Shown here one piece after another: positions 38,102-48,222 of a stretch of DNA of 64,000 bases. The stretch spans positions 1,955-65,954 of the forward strand of contig WJJZ01000014.1 of NCBI GenBank assembly GCA_014729395.1, given 5' to 3'. This DNA is from Candidatus Magasanikiibacteriota bacterium. GTDB lineage: Bacteria > Patescibacteriota > Patescibacteriia > Magasanikbacterales > UBA922. The notes below the pieces were generated by a model. That model was not told the origin of the DNA. It was given only the letters and a program-made list of their open reading frames with translations, and searched no databases. The position numbers and the translations under genes are program-made. Within the stretch, counting starts at the first letter, position 1. The number at the start of each line of letters is the position of its first letter.

Positions 38102-38142
38102 AAAATAATCTTCTATAAATAGAGGGCAAGTTGATTATATTT

Positions 38143-38262
38143 TTACCCGGACACCAGTAAATATATCATAATTATAAATGAAATTATTATTATAAAAACA
38201 AAAATGAACCAAAGCGGACTATCCTCAATGACTACATTTTTTCGCTCTCTTTCTTTTTTCAT
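38143..38262 (-). CDS. Possible 39-aa membrane microprotein
   Basis: MKKERERKNVVIEDSPLWFIFVFIIIISFIIMIYLLVSG; SD aaaaggag 6 nt before the ATG; not in the ORF track (below cutoff). Confidence 0.3.
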   Translation of the reverse strand: MKKERERKNVVIEDSPLWFIFVFIIIISFIIMIYLLVSG

Positions 38263-38293
38263 GGTAGCTCCTTTTCTTGCCCTTGACCTCCAT

Positions 38294-38860
38294 TTATAGA
38301 TTATTATTAAAATGAACTTGGTTAATTATCTTATATCTTGGTCCATCAGAATTTAAAATACTTTCATATATATTTATTGTTTCCGGTTGCCAAACAATTT
38401 TTTCTACATCTATCGAATATAGTCCATCTATATGTCCTTTTTTCTTGTTTCTGGCAATAGTAACATGTGGTTTCCATTGTTTGTTAGCGTCTAAGGATTG
38501 ATTTAATATCAGGTTTCTTTTAAATTCTTTTAAAATTTTTTTGGCATAATTATTTTCTTCTTTTATTTTTATATGAATCATTGCCGGATTATTTTTATTT
38601 GGAAAAGCGTTTAAATTATCAAACCAGAATTGTGGTGCTTGTTTGGAGTGAATAATTGATTTTAATAATTTAAAAACCCTTTCAATATCTTCTTTGTTTA
38701 AATTGCCTAAAAAAATGAATGTGAGATGTAAATTTTCAGGACTAGTCCATTTTAAATGAGATTCTTTATTTAGTTTTTTTAATTTGTTTTGGATTTTTAT
38801 CGCTTCTTTGACCGCATTTTTTGACAAGGGAAAAGCAATAAATATTCTTTTTCTTTGCAT
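38294..38860 (-). CDS. RNA 2',3'-cyclic phosphodiesterase (LigT/ThpR, 2H family)
   Basis: Two H-x-T/S-x motifs: HLTFIFLG and HVTIAR. Confidence 0.7.
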   Translation of the reverse strand: MQRKRIFIAFPLSKNAVKEAIKIQNKLKKLNKESHLKWTSPENLHLTFIFLGNLNKEDIERVFKLLKSIIHSKQAPQFWFDNLNAFPNKNNPAMIHIKIKEENNYAKKILKEFKRNLILNQSLDANKQWKPHVTIARNKKKGHIDGLYSIDVEKIVWQPETINIYESILNSDGPRYKIINQVHFNNNL

Positions 38861-39022
38861 AAAATATGAAGGATAATAAAACCATTTTAATTTACTTATT
38901 CTAATAATATCTTATTTGACACCAAGTTTCAACCGTGGTATATTATCACTCTAAGCAAGTGAGTGATAATTTTAAATTCAAAAATTTATGATTTTGGATT
39001 TATGAATTATGATTAATTCTTT

Positions 39023-41671
39023 ATGATTCCACAAAATTTCACCCAAAAATCTCAAGAATCATTGTATAGATCTTCTCAATTGGCCTCAGAAAGAGGTCAT
39101 TTTCAAGTTGAACCACCACATTTATTTTTCGCCTTGTTAGAACAAGATGATGGTGTTGTAGTATCGGTATTGAAAAAATTAAATGTTAATCTCGAAGAGC
39201 TTAAACAATCAATTGTCAAAATGATTGACGCTATTCCGAAAAAAGACACCAATGCTCAGCCCAGTAATATTGGTCAAATACTTTTGGCACAATCAACCAT
39301 GTATTTATTGCAAAATGCAGCAAATGAGTCAAAAAAAATGCAAGATGATTATATTAGTGTTGAACACATTTTACTTTCTTTTTTAACAAATAAAAATCCA
39401 ATTAGTGATATTTTATCGAAACAGGGAGTACAATATGATGACGTCTTGAAGGTTTTGGCAACAGTAAGAGGTGGTCAAAAGGTTGACTCCCCTACTCCTG
39501 AGAGTAAATATCAGGCTTTGGAGAAATACGGTATTAACTTTACAGAAAATGCGCGTAAAGAGAAATTGGATCCGGTGATCGGAAGAGACGATGAAATCCG
39601 TAGAGTCATGCAGGTATTATCCAGAAGAACCAAAAATAATCCTGTACTCATCGGTGAACCGGGTGTTGGAAAAACAGCCATAGTTGAAGGTCTGGCTCAA
39701 AGAATTGTAAATAATGATGTACCCGAAAGTTTAAAAGATAAAGAAATAATTGCTCTTGATATTGGAGCACTTTTGGCCGGCACTAAGTTTAGAGGAGAGT
39801 TTGAAGAGAGATTCAAAGCCGTATTAAAGGAGGTAACTGACTCAAAAGGAAGAATAATCCTTTTTATAGATGAATTACACACCATTGTCGGGGCAGGTTC
39901 CAGTGAAGGTGCGGTTGATGCCAGTAATATGTTGAAACCCAGTTTGGCCAGAGGTGAATTACATACTATAGGAGCGACGACAATCAAAGAATATCAAAAA
40001 CATATAGAAAAAGATGCCGCATTTGAGCGGAGATTCCAACCGGTTATGGTCCACGAGCCGAGTAATGAAGACTCGATTGCCATACTGCGTGGAATAAAAG
40101 AAAAATATGAAGTGCATCACGGGGTGAGAATTACAGATCCTGCTATTGTAGCTGCAGTAGAATTATCATCTCGATATATAACTGATAGATTTTTACCGGA
40201 TAAAGCAATCGATTTGATTGATGAAGCTACTTCCGCACTTCGTATGGAAATAGATTCCATGCCCGATGACCTGGATAAAATGAGAAGACAAATTATGAAA
40301 TTGGAAATTGAACTGAGAGCTCTTAAAAAGGAAAAAGATACGGATTCAAAAGCCAGAATTGAAAAATTAAAACAAGAATTGGCTGATTTGAAAGAACGCA
40401 GCAATGAATTGGAAGTTCATTGGAATAATGAAAAGGAAATTATTACAAAAATAAGACGACATAAAAAAGAAATCGATAAATTAAAACAGGAAGCGGAAAT
40501 TGAAGAAAGAAAAGGAAGCTTGCAAAAAGTGGCTGAAATTCGTTATGGAAAAATTCCGGTGATGGAAGAAGCAATTGACAGAAATGAAAAAAAATTGGCT
40601 GATATTCAAAAAGGCAGAGCCATATTAAAAGAGGAGGTTAACGAAGAAGATGTCGCAAACGTAGTATCCAGGTGGACCGGTGTACCGGTAAAAAAGATGC
40701 TTGCAGATGAGAAAGAAAAATTGACCAATATGGAAAAAGTGTTGACAAAGCGCGTGATTGGACAGGAAAAAGCGGTTCAATCTGTCTCAAATGCCATACG
40801 CAGGTCAAGAGCGGGCGTTTCGGATGAAAAAAGGCCAATAGGTTCTTTTATATTTTTGGGTCCCACCGGAGTCGGTAAAACCGAGTTGGCTAAAACTTTG
40901 GCGGAATTTTTATTTAATGATGAGGATGCGCTGGTTAGAGTGGATATGACCGAATATATGGAACGACATGCAGTAAGCAAAATAATCGGGTCTCCTCCGG
41001 GTTATGTTGGTCATGACGAAGGTGGTCAACTAACTGAAATTATTCGAAGAAAGCCATATTCGGTTGTATTATTTGATGAAATAGAAAAAGCTCATCCTGA
41101 TATTTTTAATATAATGCTTCAAATACTGGAAGATGGACATTTGACTGATGCCAAGGGCAGGAAAGTAAATTTTAAAAATACGGTAATTATTATGACCAGT
41201 AATATTGCCAGCGACACCATAGCATCTATGGGAAAACGCGGTGAGTTTGGTTTTGATGATAAAAAAAGTGGAAAACAAGCTATAAAAAAGCAAGAAAAAT
41301 TAATTAAAGATAAGATAATGGATTCACTTAAAAATCATTTTAAGCCTGAATTTTTGAATAGAGTTGATGATATTATTATATTTTCTCCTCTTCAGAAAAA
41401 GGATATTGAAAAGATTGTTGATTTGCAGTTGAATAATATAAGACCTCGCTTGAAAGATAAAAAAATTAATATAATGGTTACTGAAAAAGTAAAAAAATAT
41501 CTGGCAAAAAAAGGTTTTGATCCTGATTTGGGCGCCAGACCACTGAAAAGAATTATTCAGACTGATCTTCTGGATAAATTGGCTATGGAAATTTTGGAAG
41601 GTAGCATTAAAGAAGGTACTAAAGTAGAGATAGATATTAAAAAAGGAAAACTGGAATTTCAGCAAGTCTAA
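39023..41671 (+). CDS. clpB: ATP-dependent chaperone ClpB
   Basis: N domain, AAA-1 ([15 protein letters not shown]), long coiled-coil M-domain, AAA-2 ([15 protein letters not shown]), 882 aa. Confidence 0.9.
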   Translation: MIPQNFTQKSQESLYRSSQLASERGHFQVEPPHLFFALLEQDDGVVVSVLKKLNVNLEELKQSIVKMIDAIPKKDTNAQPSNIGQILLAQSTMYLLQNAANESKKMQDDYISVEHILLSFLTNKNPISDILSKQGVQYDDVLKVLATVRGGQKVDSPTPESKYQALEKYGINFTENARKEKLDPVIGRDDEIRRVMQVLSRRTKNNPVLIGEPGVGKTAIVEGLAQRIVNNDVPESLKDKEIIALDIGALLAGTKFRGEFEERFKAVLKEVTDSKGRIILFIDELHTIVGAGSSEGAVDASNMLKPSLARGELHTIGATTIKEYQKHIEKDAAFERRFQPVMVHEPSNEDSIAILRGIKEKYEVHHGVRITDPAIVAAVELSSRYITDRFLPDKAIDLIDEATSALRMEIDSMPDDLDKMRRQIMKLEIELRALKKEKDTDSKARIEKLKQELADLKERSNELEVHWNNEKEIITKIRRHKKEIDKLKQEAEIEERKGSLQKVAEIRYGKIPVMEEAIDRNEKKLADIQKGRAILKEEVNEEDVANVVSRWTGVPVKKMLADEKEKLTNMEKVLTKRVIGQEKAVQSVSNAIRRSRAGVSDEKRPIGSFIFLGPTGVGKTELAKTLAEFLFNDEDALVRVDMTEYMERHAVSKIIGSPPGYVGHDEGGQLTEIIRRKPYSVVLFDEIEKAHPDIFNIMLQILEDGHLTDAKGRKVNFKNTVIIMTSNIASDTIASMGKRGEFGFDDKKSGKQAIKKQEKLIKDKIMDSLKNHFKPEFLNRVDDIIIFSPLQKKDIEKIVDLQLNNIRPRLKDKKINIMVTEKVKKYLAKKGFDPDLGARPLKRIIQTDLLDKLAMEILEGSIKEGTKVEIDIKKGKLEFQQV

Positions 41672-41691
41672 AATCATAAAGTAAAAAAAAG

Positions 41692-41724
41692 AACCCAGGG
41701 CTCGCATTGAGCGCCTGGGTTTTG
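41692..41724. terminator. Bidirectional rho-independent terminator (cccagggctc-gcatt-gagcgcctggg with a T-run on each strand), followed by a second hairpin tgtgtgctcag...ctgagcacaca (41727-41770)
   Basis: Read directly. Confidence 0.6.
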
Positions 41725-41789
41725 TGTGCTCAGTCGTTGTTGTGTTTACCTGCGGCTGAGCACACAAACGTAATCTTGGCAGAAAAAGT

Positions 41790-42028
41790 GAGCACCAAAT
41801 TTTTTTTTGGCACTCGTCGTTACTACGACAATGGCGTTCTTCCAGCAGACGGATCTGTTTTTCAACATCATCGGGATGTTCCTGTCCACCGGAATCCTCT
41901 TCTTTTTCACTTTCAGTGCTTATTACACTTTGGTCTTCATCGGTCTTTTCAATACCGATTAGGGAGCCTACAAGGATCCCAATAATGAAAGCTGAGAGAA
42001 GAGAAAGAATAATTGTACGTGTTTTCAT
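41790..42028 (-). CDS. Small GC-rich (about 50%) membrane-anchored acidic protein; 3' end undefined (no in-frame stop before the terminator hairpins)
   Basis: SD ggagg 6 nt before ATG at 42028; MKTRTIILSLLSAFIIGILVGSLIGIEKTDEDQSVISTESEKEEDSGGQEHPDD...; the frame stays open through 41692-41770 and on antisense into clpB, which is spurious. Confidence 0.35.
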
Positions 42029-42223
42029 ACCGAACCTCCTGCTGTAAAGAACGTTTTTCATCGTAAACCTACTCTGACCTTATAAAATAAGTTCAAAATA
42101 GGACTACGATTCCAGGTTGAAAAATACTAATCATCATATCAAAAAAAAAGCCTTTTGTCAAGAGAAAAAGGCCTTTATTTAGCTTATTTAAGCTATTTTT
42201 TGCAAGTCTTTTTTAAGAAATTT

Positions 42224-42583
42224 TTAAACCGTTTCTGATAAACCAACAATAGGCTTGATACGTTCAATATCTTTGTCATGTCGATCTACCTTGTCTGTTA
42301 ACTCTCTAATTCTATGAGTTTGTAGAGTAACTTCTTGATCTTTCTTTTCCGCAAGCCCAACAAGCTTATCAACATTATTTGAAATCTCTTGTAAATCTTG
42401 TTTTGCCGCCATGTTACATTCAATACGATCCAATCTCTCACCATGCTCAAGTTGGTTGATAGTAAGGTTATCAACAACACTGGAAAGATTTTTTAAATCT
42501 TGCTTAGTGGCCATATTGTCTTCAATACGATCCAGTCTATTATTGTGTTCAATTTGATTGAGAATGATTTTATCTTCGTTCAT
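42224..42583 (-). CDS. Hypothetical coiled-coil protein with two tandem 34-aa repeats
   Basis: NQIEHNNRLDRIEDNMATKQDLKNL / NQLEHGERLDRIECNMAAKQDLQEI; the repeat is also visible at nucleotide level. Confidence 0.45.
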   Translation of the reverse strand: MNEDKIILNQIEHNNRLDRIEDNMATKQDLKNLSSVVDNLTINQLEHGERLDRIECNMAAKQDLQEISNNVDKLVGLAEKKDQEVTLQTHRIRELTDKVDRHDKDIERIKPIVGLSETV

Positions 42584-42674
42584 AATTTTTTTTATTACAC
42601 TTTAAGTATAACTTAACAAGAAAAACAATGTCAACGAAAATTCGATAAAATCTATATAAAATTTTGATAAAATA

Positions 42675-42932
42675 TTATTCCTCTGGGAAAATTCTACCCC
42701 CCTCTTTATTGTAGAGTTCAATCGCCAACACCGGGCAGGACTGAGCGGCTAAAATAATATCTTCATCACTATGAGCATTCGGGTCAACTACGTAGGCAAG
42801 ATTTTCTTCATCTACCTGAAAAGTTTTTGGAGCTACAACAACACAGGATTGGGCACCAATGCATTTTTGTCTATTTATTTTTATAAGACGGATTTTACCG
42901 CTTTCTTTATGTACTTCTATTATCTTTTTCAT
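42675..42932 (-). CDS. Ferredoxin (single-cluster CxxxxC...CP type)
   Basis: CIGAQSC...CPV. Confidence 0.55.
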   Translation of the reverse strand: MKKIIEVHKESGKIRLIKINRQKCIGAQSCVVVAPKTFQVDEENLAYVVDPNAHSDEDIILAAQSCPVLAIELYNKEGGRIFPEE

Positions 42933-42941
42933 AATTTATAT

Positions 42942-43142
42942 TTATTCAATTTCTATCGCTCCCAGGGGACAGCTTTCTATTGCCTGCTTGATCATTTCTT
43001 CATCATCATGTGGTTCGGGTAAAACCGTACCTTTACCATCCTCGCCCACTTTAAAAGTTTTACTCGCTAAGATCTCACAAGTCCCGCAGCCAATACATTT
43101 TGTTTTATCTATTTTTAATTTCATATGCAGATTTGAGTTCAC
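42942..43142 (-). CDS. Ferredoxin (4Fe-4S, CxxCxxC...CP)
   Basis: CIGCGTCE...CPLGAI. Confidence 0.6.
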   Translation of the reverse strand: MNSNLHMKLKIDKTKCIGCGTCEILASKTFKVGEDGKGTVLPEPHDDEEMIKQAIESCPLGAIEIE

Positions 43143-43238
43143 GGCCAGTAGCTCACAGACATTGTTGTATGTCTTGCATGCTATTTGATGGCCGTGCCTA
43201 TTTTAAATTTAATTATTTTTTACAGACAACATAACATT

Positions 43239-43706
43239 CTACTGTGAACGGTGAACTGTTGGCTGCGAATTGTTGTAATCCTCTATCGCTTTTCTCAATG
43301 CCTGATCACCTAACACCGAACAATGAATTTTTCGCGGAGGTAAACCGCCCAGTCTTTTTAAAATATCTTGTGGTGTAATTTTCTTAGCCTCTTCGATATT
43401 CATTCCTCCATTTTCCAGTATCATTTCAGAAAGTATGGAGGTGGAGGCAATCGCACTGGCACAACCAAAAGTTTGCCAACGACAATCAGTTATTTTATTT
43501 GTATTCGGGTCAACTTTTATCATAAAAAGCATTTCATCACCGCATGCGGGCGACCCTACTCTACCCTCTCCATCGGATTTAAAATTTCCTTCTTCTTGTT
43601 TTTTTAAAATATTTCTGGGATTAAAAAAATGATCTTTGACTATTTCAGAATAAAGCCAATTATTTCCTTGCTTATCTATTATTTTTGCTTGTTGTTTATT
43701 ACTCAT
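43239..43706 (-). CDS. iscU: Fe-S cluster assembly scaffold IscU/NifU-like
   Basis: GSPACGDEM, CRWQTFGCASAIASTS, IHCSVLG conserved Cys motifs. Confidence 0.85.
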   Translation of the reverse strand: MSNKQQAKIIDKQGNNWLYSEIVKDHFFNPRNILKKQEEGNFKSDGEGRVGSPACGDEMLFMIKVDPNTNKITDCRWQTFGCASAIASTSILSEMILENGGMNIEEAKKITPQDILKRLGGLPPRKIHCSVLGDQALRKAIEDYNNSQPTVHRSQ

Positions 43707-44932
43707 ACTTTTGTGTTTAGTGGAGATATTTGTCGAAGTTTTTCAACTATTGGCGGCAGTATCTTCATTATATATTTTATATCCGATTCTGAATTTTTCT
43801 TACCCAGTGTCAAGCGTAAACTGCTGTGTGCCTGCTCTTGGCTAAGTCCACAAGAGATTAATACATGAGACGGGCTTAAAGACCCGGAAGAACAAGCTGA
43901 ACCTGTAGAACAGATGACTCCATATTCATCCAAATATAAAATCAGAGCCTCTCCTTCGACATCAAGGATGGATAAATTTAAGTTATTCGGCAGTCTTTTT
44001 CCTATTTTATCAGAAAGTTCCGGTCCATTTAATTTTACTTTATCTATCTTATCAGTAATTTCTCTCCACAATTTATTCCTAATTTTAATTAATCTTTCAT
44101 TTTCTTCTGTCTTATTTTTTTGAACTTTGTGAAGGGCGTCAGCTATACCAACTATTGCAGCTGTGTTTTCAGTGCCCGCCCGTAATCCCATTTCTTGGTG
44201 GCCACCAAGAATCATAGCTTCAATTTCCACACCTCGCCTCTTATATAATATTCCTACACCTTTTGGCCCATAAATTTTACTACCATTCAATGTCATCAGG
44301 TCAACATGTAATTTTTCGACATCCAAATCCAATACCCCTGCTGCTTGGCAAGCATCACTGTGGAAGTATGGATAAGAGGTGTTATTTTTTTTACGCCATT
44401 TCAGTATTTCTCTACCAATATCCGCAATCGGTTCTATTGTACCTATTTCATTATTTGCATACATGATTGAAATTAGGATGGTATTGCTTTTAATTTTATT
44501 TACCACATCCTCTATTTTTACAAAACCAAATTTATCAACAGGTAAGTAAGTGACCTCAAAACCTTTTTTTTCCAATTTTTTGCATGCGGATAATACGGCA
44601 GGATGTTCTATTTTTGAAGTGATTATGTGTTTACCTTTATTTTTGTGAGCCTCCGCTATTCCAAAAATAGCCAAATTATCAGATTCGGTTCCGCCACCGG
44701 TAAAAATAATACTATCCGAATTCGTATGTAGAATTTGAGCAATTTTTTTTCTAGAGTTTTCTATTGCAGAGCGAGTTTTACGCCCAAGATTGTATAAAGA
44801 AGATGGATTGCCATAAAATTCGTTTAAATACGGTTGCATTTTTTTTAAAACGGACTTTTCTATATAGGTAGTAGCAGCATGATCCAAATATATCTCTTTT
44901 TGATTTTTTGTTATTGTTGAGAGATCAGACAT
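43703..44932 (-). CDS. iscS: Cysteine desulfurase (IscS/NifS class)
   Basis: PLP fold; HKI lysine region; SACSSGS active-site Cys loop. Confidence 0.85.
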   Translation of the reverse strand: MSDLSTITKNQKEIYLDHAATTYIEKSVLKKMQPYLNEFYGNPSSLYNLGRKTRSAIENSRKKIAQILHTNSDSIIFTGGGTESDNLAIFGIAEAHKNKGKHIITSKIEHPAVLSACKKLEKKGFEVTYLPVDKFGFVKIEDVVNKIKSNTILISIMYANNEIGTIEPIADIGREILKWRKKNNTSYPYFHSDACQAAGVLDLDVEKLHVDLMTLNGSKIYGPKGVGILYKRRGVEIEAMILGGHQEMGLRAGTENTAAIVGIADALHKVQKNKTEENERLIKIRNKLWREITDKIDKVKLNGPELSDKIGKRLPNNLNLSILDVEGEALILYLDEYGVICSTGSACSSGSLSPSHVLISCGLSQEQAHSSLRLTLGKKNSESDIKYIMKILPPIVEKLRQISPLNTKV

Positions 44933-44933
44933 A

Positions 44934-45332
44934 TTAAATAAATTCTGCTAATTTTTTTTCTGATATTGAGTTTATAAACTTATTATTAACGTATTTAAAC
45001 ACATTTCTAGCTGTGCATGTATTCTTATTTGGACAAAAACCGCCCTTGCGTAGACATCCAACTACACCGGATGGACCATCAATGATTTCAATTATTTCTT
45101 TCAGAGTTATGTTTTCCGGTTTTCTTTTTAAAAAATATCCACCATGAGCTCCACGCAGAGATCCAATGATTCCGGATTTTCTTAGAGATCGGGCTATTTT
45201 TTGCAAAAAGAGAAAAGATATGTTACTCTCTTGAGAGAATTTGCGCAAGCTAAGATACTCGCCGGAATCCAGTTTTGCAAGTGCTATAGTCAGCTGAAAT
45301 GTATAGTCTACCTCTTTGCTAAAATGAAACAT
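44934..45332 (-). CDS. Rrf2-family transcriptional regulator (IscR-like, 3-Cys cluster)
   Basis: wHTH N-terminus; CLRKGGFCPNKNTC. Confidence 0.65.
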   Translation of the reverse strand: MFHFSKEVDYTFQLTIALAKLDSGEYLSLRKFSQESNISFLFLQKIARSLRKSGIIGSLRGAHGGYFLKRKPENITLKEIIEIIDGPSGVVGCLRKGGFCPNKNTCTARNVFKYVNNKFINSISEKKLAEFI

Positions 45333-45389
45333 ACAAAATCATACTTCTCAAGTATAATATACTATTTAATAAACTCCTGTCAATTTATT

Positions 45390-46079
45390 ATGAAACATTT
45401 GCAATCAATAAAACTTATTGAAAAAAAAGCCATTGCCGAGAATACTTATAGTTTTATTTTTACCAGACCTTCAAATTTTAAATTTATTTCCGGTCAATTT
45501 GTTCAGTTTCATTTCAAGGTCAACGAAAATAATGTTACCAGATCTTATTCCATATGCTCAACCGAATTTGATGAAAATATTGAATTTTGTATCAAATTTC
45601 TTGAAAATGGTTTAGCTTCAAATTATTTAAAAAAGATGAAACTTGGTTCAAAAATAAATATTTCAGGACCATTTGGTAAATTTGTTTTTAAAAATAATAA
45701 TATAAAGAATCATTTTTTTATCGCCACCGGAGTAGGAATTGCTCCTATTGCCTCAATTTTAGATAATCAATTAAAAGTAAAATCAAATTTGAATAACGAT
45801 TTTAGTCTTTTGTTCGGTTTGAGGCATGAAAATAATATTTTTTGGCTTGAAAAGCTAAAGAATTGGAATAAGTTTGAAAATTTTCAATATAAATTATCAT
45901 TATCCCAGCCTAGTCAATCTTGGTCCGGCTTACAAGGACGTGTTACGAGTCATTTGCCAATCAATACAAATGATACCATGTTTTACTTGTGTGGAAATAT
46001 GAACATGGTAAAAGAAGTGCGAAATTTACTGATGAAAAAAGGAGTCAAAACGGAAAATATTTGTTTTGAAATTTTTTAA
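45390..46079 (+). CDS. Ferredoxin-NADP+ reductase-like oxidoreductase (FAD/NAD(P)-binding)
   Basis: RSYSICS (RxYS FAD motif), ATGVGIAP (NAD(P) motif); ATG 45390 chosen to avoid antisense overlap with the Rrf2 gene. Confidence 0.55.
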   Translation: MKHLQSIKLIEKKAIAENTYSFIFTRPSNFKFISGQFVQFHFKVNENNVTRSYSICSTEFDENIEFCIKFLENGLASNYLKKMKLGSKINISGPFGKFVFKNNNIKNHFFIATGVGIAPIASILDNQLKVKSNLNNDFSLLFGLRHENNIFWLEKLKNWNKFENFQYKLSLSQPSQSWSGLQGRVTSHLPINTNDTMFYLCGNMNMVKEVRNLLMKKGVKTENICFEIF

Positions 46080-46081
46080 TT

Positions 46082-46663
46082 TTATATAGGTAGAGTTAAA
46101 TTAATATTACCGGCCTCTTCGCCCACAGAATTTTGAGGTTCGGTCGGCGGGTCAAAATTAACCCCGATTGGCATAACATCTCCCGTTAAAGTGGGATAAT
46201 AAATCATTCTATTTTTTCTACCATAGTCATAAACTTCTTTGGTGACTTTTACATCCTGCTCGCAGTATTCTTTAATTTTATCTATTTTACCTTCCTCAAA
46301 CCATTTCATTGCCGCCAATCCGTCAGCGCTTTTTTCTATTTGCAGAGTAGCTTTTGCAATATCGTTTAGCTTGTACCTTTTTCCACTTGATTCCTTGATA
46401 ACTTTTAATAAATCCAAATGAGGAAATTGCATTAAATCTCCGGTATAATATTTATTCATAATTGGCAGATCAAAATGTTCGCTATTGTAGCCTATCAATC
46501 TGCCGGCTTTTTCTAAAATTGGCCACAAATCTCCAAGTTCGGACTCTTCAAATGAGCTATATTTGTCATTTTCATAATTATATATCGAAACAACAGTTAT
46601 TCTTAGGTCATCAAATTTCTTAATATCACCTATAGTCTCAATATCAAGAACTATTTCATTCAT
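46082..46663 (-). CDS. RNase H-like 3'-5' exonuclease domain protein (DEDD-type)
   Basis: VLDIETIG, YNSEHFDLP, YCEQDVKVTKEVY motifs. Confidence 0.45.
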   Translation of the reverse strand: MNEIVLDIETIGDIKKFDDLRITVVSIYNYENDKYSSFEESELGDLWPILEKAGRLIGYNSEHFDLPIMNKYYTGDLMQFPHLDLLKVIKESSGKRYKLNDIAKATLQIEKSADGLAAMKWFEEGKIDKIKEYCEQDVKVTKEVYDYGRKNRMIYYPTLTGDVMPIGVNFDPPTEPQNSVGEEAGNINLTLPI

Positions 46664-46717
46664 AATTTTTTTGGGTATTAAAAATAATAAATTTAAAAAA
46701 TAGATTTTATAATAAAG

Positions 46718-46912
46718 TTAACAAAGATGTTCTTTGATAAGTTCGCTAAGCTCATTTACATGATCTTCTTTGTCTTTCTCCATTTTCTTCCAAAATTTTT
46801 CACATTTTTCACAACCATCGGTTTCATTCAAATAATGCTCTTTTATACGCCAAAGACTTTTTTGTTCCTCATTAATTTGAGCCATCAAATTATATAAGTG
46901 GTTATCCATCAT
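46718..46912 (-). CDS. Hypothetical small protein (64 aa) with CxxC
   Basis: DGCEKCEKFW. Confidence 0.3.
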   Translation of the reverse strand: MMDNHLYNLMAQINEEQKSLWRIKEHYLNETDGCEKCEKFWKKMEKDKEDHVNELSELIKEHLC

Positions 46913-47049
46913 TTAATCACCTCCTGTCAAATCAAAATTTTTAAATTAATTTTATGATATGAATAATACCATATTTGAATAATCAAAACAATTATTAGTA
47001 GTAAATTTCATTTGACTTTATTAATCAAAAAAACTAATATATTCATGTT

Positions 47050-48222
47050 ATGAAAAATGTAGTTTTGATACATTATGATGAAATAGGCCTGAAAGGAAAA
47101 AACAGGTCTGCTTTTGAAACGAAATTAATGGATAATATTCGAAGAAAACTGAAAATTTTGAATTTAAATCAATGCTCCCTGAAAAAAAATTACGGTTGCC
47201 TGGTAATTGAATATGATAAAAATTTAACAAGCCATGAAAAAATATCAGAAATATGCAAGACAAGTTTTGGAATATCAAATTTCAGCTTTTCATATGAATG
47301 CAATAGTGATTATGATGAAATTGAAAAAAGTGTAATGAATATAATTCAAAATAAAAAATATAAGACATTCAGAATAACCGCTCGACGTTCAAATAAAAAA
47401 TTTAAACTAAATTCTCAAGAGATTTGTATAAAAATTGGTGATATTGTTCGGACAAAATTTAATAAAAAAGTTGACTTGGAAAATTTTGATCTGAATATCT
47501 ATATAGAAATATATGATAAAAAAACTTATATTTATTTTGAAAAAATACCATCAATTGGCGGCCTACCCACAGGAGTAGGTGGAAAAATAGTTACTCTATT
47601 ATCAGGCGGCATAGACTCACCACTCGCTGCTTGGTATATGCAAAAAAGAGGCTTGGATACCGTATTGGTGCATTTTCATTCGTTTCCTTTTACAAATGCA
47701 GCCTCGATAGATAAAGTAAAAGAACTGGCCGAAAAATTATCAAGATATTCGCCTGAATTAAAACTTTACCTCTGCCCATTTGGAGAATTGCAAAAAAAAT
47801 TACTTTGTGAAATACCCGATGAGTATAGAATAATATTTTATAGACGATTCATGTTTAGAATTGCTAATAAAATAGCAAAAAAAGAGGATTGTAAAGCGAT
47901 ATCCACAGGTGAATCCATTGGACAGGTGGCTTCTCAGACAATCGAAAACATTTCTGTAATTCAAGAAGCGAGTGATTTACCTATCCTAAGGCCTCTTATA
48001 GGATTTGATAAAAAAGAAATAATAAATAAAGCAAAAGAAGTCGGCACTTATGAGACTTCTATTTTACCCCACCAAGATTGTTGTTCACTGTTTTTACCAA
48101 AACACCCTCAGACAAAAAGTAAACCGGAAACGGTCAAGATGATAGAAGAAAAATTGGATGTTGATTTGATGATTCAAAAAATTATCGAAAATGCAGACAA
48201 AGTCACAATTATTCCTCACTAA
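47050..48222 (+). CDS. thiI: tRNA 4-thiouridine(8) synthase ThiI
   Basis: THUMP domain plus PP-loop SGGIDSPLAAW. Confidence 0.85.
   Translation: MKNVVLIHYDEIGLKGKNRSAFETKLMDNIRRKLKILNLNQCSLKKNYGCLVIEYDKNLTSHEKISEICKTSFGISNFSFSYECNSDYDEIEKSVMNIIQNKKYKTFRITARRSNKKFKLNSQEICIKIGDIVRTKFNKKVDLENFDLNIYIEIYDKKTYIYFEKIPSIGGLPTGVGGKIVTLLSGGIDSPLAAWYMQKRGLDTVLVHFHSFPFTNAASIDKVKELAEKLSRYSPELKLYLCPFGELQKKLLCEIPDEYRIIFYRRFMFRIANKIAKKEDCKAISTGESIGQVASQTIENISVIQEASDLPILRPLIGFDKKEIINKAKEVGTYETSILPHQDCCSLFLPKHPQTKSKPETVKMIEEKLDVDLMIQKIIENADKVTIIPH

Noticed and set aside
41324-41671. Portion of the 245-aa minus ORF that is antisense to clpB
   Set aside because: It gives a low-complexity read-through past two terminator hairpins into the opposite strand of a conserved gene. 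Only the 5' part (42028 downwards) looks genuine.
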